Shown: in pieces, positions 37,253 to 47,315 of the stretch | Position numbering within the stretch: the first letter of the stretch is position 1 | Layout of the letters: each line of letters starts with the position of its first letter | NCBI RefSeq assembly: GCF_018350175.1 | Contig: NC_058383.1 | Coordinates: 5,644,001 to 5,708,000, forward strand | From: Felis catus | Taxonomy: Eukaryota | Direction of reading: 5' to 3' | DNA: 64,000 bases | The notes under the pieces: model-generated | Databases searched by the model: none | What the model was told of the DNA's origin: nothing | What the model saw: only the letters and a program-made list of their open reading frames with translations | Translations under genes and position numbers: made by a program

Positions 37253-39734
37253 AGGTTATGTAGCCTTTAAAAGAAAGACCTCACAATTACATCTCAGGCT
37301 GGGGGTTTTTGTTTTTATAAAAAGGACAGGCTGTAAGTCCCTGTTCCTATACATAGGCGTACAGGAACGGGACGTGTCTGTTCCTCAGGCGGCTTCTCTG
37401 ACACCAGAGAAGACCAAAGGTTGCATCATAGAAAGTGCCAAAGGCCAAAAATTATTCTACAATATCCAGTTTTGCTCACTCTAGTGATGTGAACTTCAGA
37501 TTAGAGCTCAGATTGGAAAAAGGATTCTTTAGGTGATGTGGTATGTGGCCAGCAGCGAGGAGCTGGTCCGCATGTCACACGCCCATTATGACCTCTGACC
37601 CGCAGTGGCCAGCTGAAGTGCTGATAGCACGGGACGTGCCCTGGGCGGAGTGGACCCTGTCTGCTCCTCCCACCAGCCCTTGCTTTTCTGGATCCCGACA
37701 CCGGCTTTTGCACAGCCCCCGGGCACCCCCTTTCTCTTAGGTCTACACTGGATCCCCAGAAGGAATTTGACCAAGGAAAGTCAGGAAAATAACCCACAGG
37801 AAGGAAGCAATGACGGTCTCATGTGAAGGGCATCAGTTCCTGGAATTTAAAGGGGGCCACTCTTGCCAGATGGATATGGCTACAATCCTTGCTCCACCTG
37901 TCCCTACTGACACTTTGCAGGACACAGGACAAAACTGGACCCTGGCCGTTTGTCTTTGGCGTCTGTCACATTTGGTCAGCCCTACAGTTCCTACCTCCTA
38001 AGTCACGGATTTGATCAAAGATGCCCTTGGCAGTGGTATTAGATGGGCTTCGTCCTACCTCCCAGAGACAAAATCTGGTGGGTGGCACCTCCAGCCTCTC
38101 CCTAATGGCGGGACTCCATTCTCAGAACCTGAGAATCTTGGAACAGGGCAGGATTGTGAGACTGCATTCTGTCCCCCACGCGGTTCCTCCCGGGCTTCCC
38201 TGCCCCACGATGGCTCCTCCCCCGTGGCCTTCTCCATGACTGCTTCATGTCAGCCACTGCTTGTCTTCTGCTGGAGCACAAGGGGGCTGTCTCCGGCCCC
38301 GTCCTCAGGCTCCCTCCCCACGCCCAGGGGCAGCTCGCCGAAGCTAGCCATGACCACGGTGCAAGCGGCAGGTAGGGGCCACTGGACAGGGCGGGCTGGC
38401 CGGAGGAGAGGGTGGAGGGGCTGGAGAAGGAGGAGAGGGGATGAGGATGGGCGGGTCTTTGCAGCAGAGGTGGCCCCTCTCCTTGGGGACCCCCGCCCGC
38501 TCAGCCCTCCCAGGCCTCCTGGTTTCACAGAGCTCCTTACCGACACCATGTCAAAGCCTTGGTCCTTTCTGCTTTCTTCTGTGACCTGCAGGAGAAGCAA
38601 GCTCTGGGTGTCACTGGCAAAACAGAATAAGGACAGAGAAGGGAGGCCAGAACCCTCGGAGGCCCTGCAAGGGGCTGTAAAACTCACCGGCTGGGGCAGC
38701 TTAATGGAGGTCCCCCCGACCTAACAAGGTGGCCTGTCATCTCCACTTGGAAATGGCCATTTGCTTCCCCCCGGCCAAAGAAGATACCCAGTTGTCATAA
38801 ATTCAGTGCTCTGGTAAATGGTAACAAGCTTACCTTGGTTTCTCTTTACTGTCGCAAATTAAACAGTGACAGATGTCAAAGGGAAATCCCTTCTGTAAAT
38901 CTGAATAATTGTGATTGACCTCTGGGAGAGGGTAGAGTCTGGGAGGTACACTGTTTTCCCTGAATGATGCCCTGTAATCACACTGCGTGAGATCCCAAAA
39001 GGCATGAATCTTCTTCATGGACGTCTTCCCTGTGTTCTGGGCACTCTTGACTTTTTAAAACCAGGAATGTCTTTCTGGAATGATCCAGACCTATTCCTAG
39101 CCTGAAGGGGGACGCACTTCATGGCCTATGGGCCAGAGTGCAGATCCGGAGGCAGGGGGGATCTGGTTTGAATCCTTACTGGGCACATGATCTTGACAAG
39201 TGACCTTGAGGTCAACAGTTAATGGAGCACCTACTGTTCCAGGCACTGGAGATACAGGGATAAGACACTATCCCGGCCCACGGGGGGGTTCTGTGGGCCC
39301 GACTTAGCGGAGAGATTGGCTCTTTCCTTATATGTAAACTGGGAGTAATAAAATCTGAGGATCGTGGCCCTGACGTGGGTAACATGAATCACAACCTAGC
39401 ACTCGGCACAGAACGACGTGCCAAAGGTTGGGTTTCTCCCTGTGAGTCCTGTTGAGAAATGGGGATTCTATCATTGTGGAAGGTGATGAGGTAAACGTGG
39501 CCCCCACAGAGGAGCCATCGTAATAGTTCTGGAAGAATGCTTGAAGTCTTAGTCTAAGAAAGCCTGGCTTACGAAGGCTAAGTGACCAGTTTAGGCTTGA
39601 GAGCTGTTCTCTGTGTGGAAATCTGGGTGGGCACCAGCTGTTCCAGCCTCAGCCCACTTCCTCGTGTGCCGCCCTCAACATCCAAACTTGGCTGCCGTTT
39701 TCTTGGACTTTTCCCTACCCCCAACCAAGAAGAC

Positions 39735-39946
39735 CTGGGCGGGGCTTAGTCAGTTAACCATCCGACTTCACCTGAGGTCATGATCTCGTGGTTTGTGGGT
39801 TCAAGCCCCGCATCAGGCTCTGTGCTGACAGCTCGGAGCCTGGAGCCTGCTTCCGATTCTGTGTCTCCCTCTCTCTCTGCCTCTCCCCCACTTATGCTCT
39901 GTCTCTGTCTCTCTCTCAAAAATAAATAAACATTAAAAAAAAAAAA
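39735..39946 (+). mobile_element. CAN-SINE
   Basis: Head, CT tract, A tail. Confidence 0.88.
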
Positions 39947-41212
39947 GTTTGTAAAAGCACTCTGAACATGGTGGCGATAAAAGGCGTTAAATCAGTTTTG
40001 CATGTGGTCACCACAGATGGGTCTGACTTCCGAGTTTTCTCCTGTTACTGGTCTAGCCCATCAGTTATAGCCATTAATACTGAACTGCTTTTCAGGGGTA
40101 TTGAGAACAGCTACTTGGAAATTTATTTAGCTAGAGACCTGCTCTCCAGAATTTGCTCTTTGTTCTTATGAGAATTGCTAGAAAGTGTTGACCCAAAGAC
40201 CTTTCCTGTTTCAGTGTATGAATGTGTTCTCTCAGGCCCGCCTATGGAGCGAGGGCCACCTCTTAGAGAAGGAAGGGGGTAGTATGGATTTAAATCTATG
40301 GATACATGTCACTTGTGATGAGATTTACTGTGTGACCCAGCAAGAAATTGTCATCTGTGTTGCATAGAAACACATGTGCTTAATTTATAAAATATTTAGA
40401 AATATTTGCCTACCAGAATTGTAAGGCTTATCACAGGCTTACCAGAAAACTTAAAACTCAGTGTTTATCTAAGATAAACATTTAGCAAATATTTGGTGAG
40501 AGCCTTCTCTGAGCCAGGCACTTGTAATTGGTTACAGCCTTGGGTTTTGAAATGATATTTGCTGCTGCTGCTGCTTTTTTTTTTTTTTTTATACCACAAT
40601 CCCAGCCATGTGAGATGCTAGTTTCCTGAATGTGCAAGACACTCACGTGATGGGTTATCAGCACTTTTCAAAGTCTGTGAAAAAGGGCATGATCCTTGTT
40701 TTGGTTTCCTCTGGGTACAGCTGGGGAGAGTCCTCGGTGACTGTCAAGGTCTGGAGGACGGCGGCACCTCCCCGGCCCGACCGGGTCCCCTACAGAGCGC
40801 TCCTGGTGAAGACGTGTACACATAGCAGTTAAGTGAGCAGTTACTTTTATGGAAATGGCAATACTAAAGATTTTTCTTCGACGTACACACATGGACGTGC
40901 CGGATTTCAGCCATCTGTAAGATGTGCACAGAGGAAGCGATGTTCCAAGTCTTCTTGCACAGGAACGTATTCGTGTTAACATCAGCGGCCGCTGGCTTTT
41001 CTTGTGCACTTTGCACGAGAGCTGTGCACAGTGATCGTTAGTGGCCTGAGTGCTGATGTGGGCTTGGCGACCTTGGAAAAGTTACGGGACCTCTCTGTGC
41101 CTTGGTTTTCTCATCAAGCAGTTGGGGGCTGTCCAAGTCTACTTCATGGGATGGCCCCGAGGATGAACTGAGATATCAACTGTGTTGTAGGTGTTTAAAA
41201 ATTCAACCAAAT

Positions 41213-41388
41213 GGGGCTCCTGGGTGGCTCAGTCGGTTAAGCATCCGACTCTTGATTTCGGCTCAGGTCATGATCTCACGGTGGTGGGATCAAGCCCCAC
41301 ATTGGGCTGTGCCGTGGACGTGGAGCCTGCTAGGGATTCTCCCTCCCTCCCTCTCTCTCTTTCTCTGCCCCTCCCCCATGTGCTTACA

Positions 41389-41421
<33 letters not shown>

Positions 41422-41930
41422 AAAAAAAAAAAAAAAAAACAACAACACCTGAGTATATGTAAAGATCAATTTGACTTTATTTTGTGACTTGTGAGTTGGG
41501 CAGCATCCCATCCGGCACATAGAAGGGAGCTTGGGAGGGGCACCCAGGTGGCTCAGTTGGTTAAGCGACCAACCTCGGCTCAGGTCATGATCTCACAGTT
41601 TGTGAGTTTGAGCCCCGCATCCAGCTCACTGCTGTTGGCACAGAGCCCACTTCAGATCCTCTGTCCCCCTTTCTCTCTGCCCCTCTTTGCCCCTCTCAAA
41701 AATAAAGCATTAAAGAAATAGGGCCCCCGGGTGGCTCAGTCGATTGAGTGTCCGACTTCAGCTCAGGTCATGATCTCATGGCTCGTGGGTTCGAGCCCCA
41801 CGCCAGGCTCTGTGCTGACAGCTTGGAGCCCAGAGCCTGCTTCGGGTTCTGTGTCTCCCTCTCTCTCTGCCCGTCCCTTGCTCGTGCTAAACATTATAAT
41901 TTTTAAAAAACATTAAAAAATAAAAAAGAA
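41213..41930 (+). mobile_element. Cluster of three CAN-SINEs (about 41213, 41537, 41721)
   Basis: Three gggtggctcagt-type heads with tails. Confidence 0.88.
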
Positions 41931-44599
41931 GCTCGGGAGAACCTGCACAAAATGGGAGACTTTTACAGGCAGAGGGGGAAAGGCAGGGAGGGAGTGGGTT
42001 ACCTCCCCTTTGGGGGATAGAAGGATTCTGCCACGTGGATCACCTCACTACTGCCGACCAGGATGTTCCAGATTTACTGGTTTAAAACTGCACTCCTGCC
42101 AAGGGTTGAAACTGCAGTTTGGCTAGGTAGTTAAGTCTTGGTTTGCTGACATGGGGCTGAGCACAACTGACTCCGTTTGGGGCCTTTTTATCCGGTTTTT
42201 GTCACATAGTTTATTCCTGGTCTCCCTTTGAAGTCAGCATCTCTGACCTCGGTCAGCTCTTCCGCTGCCTTGCGGTCAGACCCTGATTCCGTAGCCTGGC
42301 CGCACACCCATTCTCCTCAGTGACTTCCCTACTTTCTCTTCTCTCCTGGAACCCCAACACCCCTCCCCTATCCTCGGTCTCACTGCTGCCCTCGCTTCCT
42401 GTGTCATACGGAAAAGAGAAGCAGGCAGAAGACAGCACCCGCCTTCGTCCACCTGCACGGGCACCCGCGCGCTCTACCTTCTCCCGTTCCTGTGGGTGAC
42501 TCTGGGATCCCAGCAGGGGCTGTGCCGCCATCTGCCGGGCACTGGACCCCAGCTCCTTCCGCCGCCCCCCCTCTTTCTCCCACATCCTCCCTCTTCCTAC
42601 TTTATACACATGCTGTTACTTTTCTTCCGCCCAGAACACAAGCAAACACACCAAGCTGGTCCTTCTGGTCCCACAGCTAACTCTGACCCCCATCCGGGCT
42701 CTGCTCACCTCCCGGACGTGCCCACTCCAAACACCGCTGGGCCACCTTGCCCATCTCACCCCCGTGGCCTTGACCCTGCTCATTTCCCCCCCTGTGGCAC
42801 TCCCCATTTTCTAACACTGCCCCCACCCCATTGGAGTGTAGCCCACAAGGCAGGATGCTGCCAGTTTTGTGGCATCCTGGGCAGGGTGTGTGCTCATGAA
42901 TACTTGAGGAGTGGGTGATCGGCCGTCAGCCCCTACGATCGTCTCAGATCTTTATCACAAGGCTAATGCTTTATAGTTACTTTCCTGCCTCGCCTTTCTT
43001 TGGTTTGGTGTTTCTTCGGGATTTGCGTGCACAAGTCAGCCTGTGCGAGCCTGCAGACGGCTTTGTCTGATTCACATCTGTGTTCGGGCGATACTGTCGC
43101 CTGAGCCAGAAACCTGAGCATCACGAGTGTTCCACAACCATCCAGGAGGTGACCAAAGCTCAATGGGCTCTTGACCTCTCTCACACCTTTCCTGGTCCCT
43201 AGGGCCAAGGCAGCGCTGGCATTCTAGACGGGACTTCTGCCCTCGTACTCTTGGGGCACCCAGGGCTCTTGGGCCCCTCTAATGGGCCCCTCTCACCCTC
43301 TCACTGCACTGCCATTGTGAGTTTACTGGCTGGCTCCCTACCAGACTGCTCCTTCTGTGTGTCCCTGGCCTGTCATCTTTGCCCCTCCCCCCACCCCCCA
43401 GGCCTTTTGTGACCTGTGGGATAACAGGTCACACTCAACTTGCTCAAGAATTAAGGAGCAGGACCTGTTTTGTGTCTGTGAGCAATGTTTACCAGAGTGA
43501 TGTTGGGAAATCCCAAGCCACATCCTCTCATTCAGGAATATGGATTTCCAAGCTGGGGGGGGGGGGGGGGAGGGGAGGAGGAAACAATTATTGGAGGAAA
43601 AGGGAGCCAGAGGCTAAGGATTTTGTGGAGTTTGATTAGCAAACAAAGGCACGTGAGGAAGGGAGAATTAACCCGGGAAATTGAAGGGACATCTGCCGAT
43701 TTACCTGCAGTCCAATGAGAAATGACCTCACCAGCTACCTGCTACTACATTGGCACGGTTGGGTGTTGGGGAAGGACGGGGGACCCCATATGGGTGTGCA
43801 CAGCTGACAGAGTGTTAGCAGGCTTGACCTAAGCCCACGTTTCACTGGTCGATGAGGTTGGGGATGCACCCCTGTTTTTCCCTGGTGGGGGCTCTTTTCC
43901 TGTGGAGCCATTTCTCCCACAGGCCAGGACCTCTGCTGGCCCCAGAGCCCTGGCCCCTCTGCAGTCTCTTTTCTTGACCTGGCCCTCCCTGGATGCTAGC
44001 CAGACCCATCCTTCGTTCTGCCCCACAGGATGCTGGGATGATGGTGACCGGTTCAGGAGATAAAAGGTGGGGATGAGCTTTGAGGAGTCACACTTGTGAC
44101 AGAGAAGATGGTCTCTTCGGAGAAATTCAAAATAGGCTGGGGTCTCAGCTGTCCTTTGTCCTCGCGCTGGATCAAACTGCAGGTCACGTAAAAGAGGCTG
44201 GGAAACACCAAATGCTACAGAAGGCCCTGGAAAGGCCTAGAGGAGCTACAAATTCAGATCTTTATTTTTAAAGTTTTTTACAAACCCATTAAGCATTAGC
44301 AGGTGACAGGGAAAATGCTTCTTTGAGGGAACCCAACCGAGTGGTTGGTCTTTGCGCCAAGTTTAGGCCACTCCCCTTGTCTGAGCCTCTGTCCCCGGCC
44401 CGGGCCGTAAACCAGGGCTAATAAGTACCTCCCGGGGTTGCTGTGCCGATGAGTGAAACCGAGGAACAACCGTAACAGTGCTTGTCACGTAGGAGGTGCT
44501 CAATAGCTAGGGTTTTGTCCCCAAATGGGGAGTTATTTGCAATCAGTGGCTGCAACTCCTAGAAATGATCTAATTTGTCAAGACGAAAATCGAGGGAAT

Positions 44600-45960
44600 G
44601 AGCATCAGCCGAGCGCGAGCAGGCAACGTCGAGATGCGCGCCCTGCTTCTTCACGCAGGGGTTTGAGCTTCCATTGACTCCGGCCGCGGCCCTGATTGGG
44701 ATCCGGGGTCACTCGGAACGCAGAGCCCCTCCCCCCCCGCTCCTTTGCCCAGGATAGATAACAGCCGGGGGACTCGCCCATCCTGGACCCTCCTCCAGGC
44801 CGCCCCGGGTCCCTGCCCTTCCCCGTGGTGAGTGGGCTCGGGCCATCGGATCTCCCGCCTACCACGGGGGTCTCCGCTAGGAGATGGGTGGTGCCGACCC
44901 CGGCTCTGGAAGGGGCGGGGTCCGCGGGCCATAAAAGTCACGACCCAAGTGCGGCACCTCCCCCCAGCCCCCTGTGCGGCGGGCAGTCTCCTCGCGGTGG
45001 GAGGTCTGGGGGCCGCGGAAGCGGCGCAGGGCGGAGCGCTGGGTCAAGGCTGCAGGCGGCCTAGCGGGTGGCCCGGGGCGGGCGCGGCCCCTTTAAGACG
45101 CCGCGCCGGCCCCGCCCCGCGCCGCACCCCCCGCCGGGAGCTGCGCCACGTGACCCGGGTCTTGTGACTGGCCGGGGGGAGGCGCGGAGGGGAAGCCCGC
45201 GGCGCCCGCCTCCGAGAGGGGCCCAGCCCCGCAGCCGCCGCTGCTGCTGCCGCCGCCGCCCGCGAGGAGCGGGTCCCGCCGGCGGGTCCGGGCGTCCGCG
45301 CGAGTCCGCGCGAGTCCGAGCCGGCGCGGGAGCCGGAGTCCGAGCGGGAGTCCGGGCGGGAGCCGGGCCGGGCGCGGTGGGCGCCGCCCGCCATGGACCA
45401 CAAGCCCCTGCTGCAGGAGCGGCCGCCCGCCTACAACCTGGAGGCCGGCCAGGGCGACTTCGCGTGCGGCCCGCACGGCTACGGCGCCATCCCCGCCGCG
45501 CCCCCGCCGCCGCCCTACCCCTACCTCGTCACAGGTGCGCCCGGCGGGTGGGGGCGGGGGGGGCCGGGAGCAAACTTTGGTCTCCGTGCTGTGGCGACCT
45601 TTAACCCCAAACCAACTTTTCTCCGGACGCGGCGGCGGCGGGGGGCGCGGCCCGGCAGTGCTCGGCGTGGGGGGGGGGGTGTCCCCGTGCGGGTGCTGCC
45701 GAGGAGCCTCCCCGGGGCCGGGAACGCGAGCCGGTGGGGACGGGGGCGGCGGGTGAGGCTCCCGCAGCGGGATCCCGCCGTGCGGCCCTCTGCCTACCCG
45801 GGGGCGGCGGGGGGGGGGGGGATTCGCGAGCACTAGGCCGGCCCTTCTCGGGACGCGCCACGGCGGTCTTGCCAATTAACTTCGTTAACCAGGTGCCGTC
45901 TGCAAGTTAGCACCCGGTCAAGCCCGTCGCGGGCTCTCGGCGAAGGCGGCTGTCGTCTTG
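44600..45960 (+). promoter_or_regulatory. BRI3: BRI3 CpG-island promoter and first exon
   Basis: Dense CpG, GC boxes (GGGGCGGG), E-box CCACGTGAC at 45146-45154, CCAAT-type ATTGG at about 44696. Confidence 0.88.
45393..45534 (+). CDS. BRI3: BRI3 (brain protein I3) coding exon 1, with PPxY motifs
   Basis: Kozak [26 protein letters not shown]...[10 protein letters not shown]; donor CAG|GTGCGC. Confidence 0.96.
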
Positions 45961-46067
45961 ATTTTGGAAAGGATAAGTGGGGGGAGGTCGGGGGGAAAGG
46001 TAGGAGTAGTTCTCACGCTTCCCAGATTTCCTCCCTGCCCCCTTCTCACGTGCCTTCCTGCCCACAG

Positions 46068-46170
46068 GGATACCCACCCACCACCCCAGGGTCTACAACA
46101 TCCACAGTCGAAATGTCACCAGGTACCCTGCCAATTCCATCGTTGTCGTTGGAGGCTGCCCGGTCTGCAG
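46068..46170 (+). CDS. BRI3: BRI3 coding exon 2
   Basis: [34 protein letters not shown]; donor GTATGT. Confidence 0.96.
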
Positions 46171-47104
46171 GTATGTCACCGGCCGGGGGCTGCCCCCCTC
46201 CCCCTCCCATCCCGAGAACACAAACACCCAGAATCTCAGAGAGGCAGACTCGTTCGGAAGTGGGCTAGTCTTGTCTTGGGACAAGCTACTGACCTGCGGT
46301 GTGGGGGAGAGAGGGTTCTTTTGTCCTTAGATCTAAACACGTCGCACGGGTCATAGGGGAGGGGTTCACTTTCCTGAGGAGAGTGCTTTTGGGGCCACCG
46401 AGCCCCAAATGAGTGGGATGTAGAAATGTTAATGTCTCATGTCCCTGGTTCTAGGACGTGTAAGTTTGCTTTGCAGTTGATTCTGGAAGGTGGTGAAAGG
46501 TTTCATTTTGCTGGGAAGGGGCAGCTAGGAAAGCCCCAGTGGCCAGTGTGTTCAAGGAGCCGGGGGGTCCAGGAGGCCAGGGGAGCACCCTTCTTGAGGG
46601 CTGCTTCATCCCCTGCAGGGCGGTCAGCTGGAGGAGGACAGAAACACCGGGCTTCTTTGGGGGCAGGATCGATTTTTCCGTATTCTCAAACCAGAGCCTC
46701 TGGAGTTTGGCAGGTGTCTGTAGGAGTCAGACTCGGGTAAGACTTGGTCCTTGCCCTTGGTTGATGCGAGAGTCCAGGTCAGCCCCTTGAGTGGGAGGAG
46801 GAAGTTGGAAGTCTCCGAGATGGAATTGAGAAACACTGGTTTACACTTAGGCTTCGTGTCACAGGTGTATCTGGAAGGCCCAAGGTGGAGTCAAGGGGAA
46901 GTTAAAGGTTTCAGAGTCACAGGGGTAACGAGTGGGGGGTGAGTGCCGTCCAGGAGGGGGGGCATCGCAGAGATGAGGGGAGGAGGGGGACTCCCAGAGC
47001 CAACTGAGTACTTAGTAAAGAGGGCTGTGGGCAGGGGGCCCTGGGGCCGTGGGCTGGCCACGTGCCTCGTATGTAAACTCAGAACAGGCATCTCTCTTTG
47101 TTTT

Positions 47105-47315
47105 CTGGGTTTTTCAAGTTTATTTATTTACTTGGAGAGAAAGGTTGAACATGTGAGCCAGGGAGGCGGGGAGAGAGATTCCCGAGCAGGCTCTGCACCA
47201 TCAGCTCGGAGTCAGCGCTGGGCTGACCTGGGTCTCAGACTCATGAAGCACGAGATGACGACCCGAGCCAAAACCAGGAATCCAACACTTAACTGGCCGA
47301 GCCACCCAGGCGCCC
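47105..47315 (-). mobile_element. Diverged CAN-SINE in BRI3 intron 2
   Basis: Ends gagccacccaggcgcccc; TSD-like gaacaggc. Confidence 0.82.

Noticed and set aside
38011..38724. 237-aa plus ORF and overlapping 145-aa minus ORF
   Set aside because: Non-ATG starts and low-complexity products; the spliced minus-strand model explains the splice signals better.
45044..45875. Several long Pro/Arg/Gly-rich ORFs around BRI3 exon 1
   Set aside because: Stop-codon depletion in a CpG island; only 45393-45534 fits BRI3.
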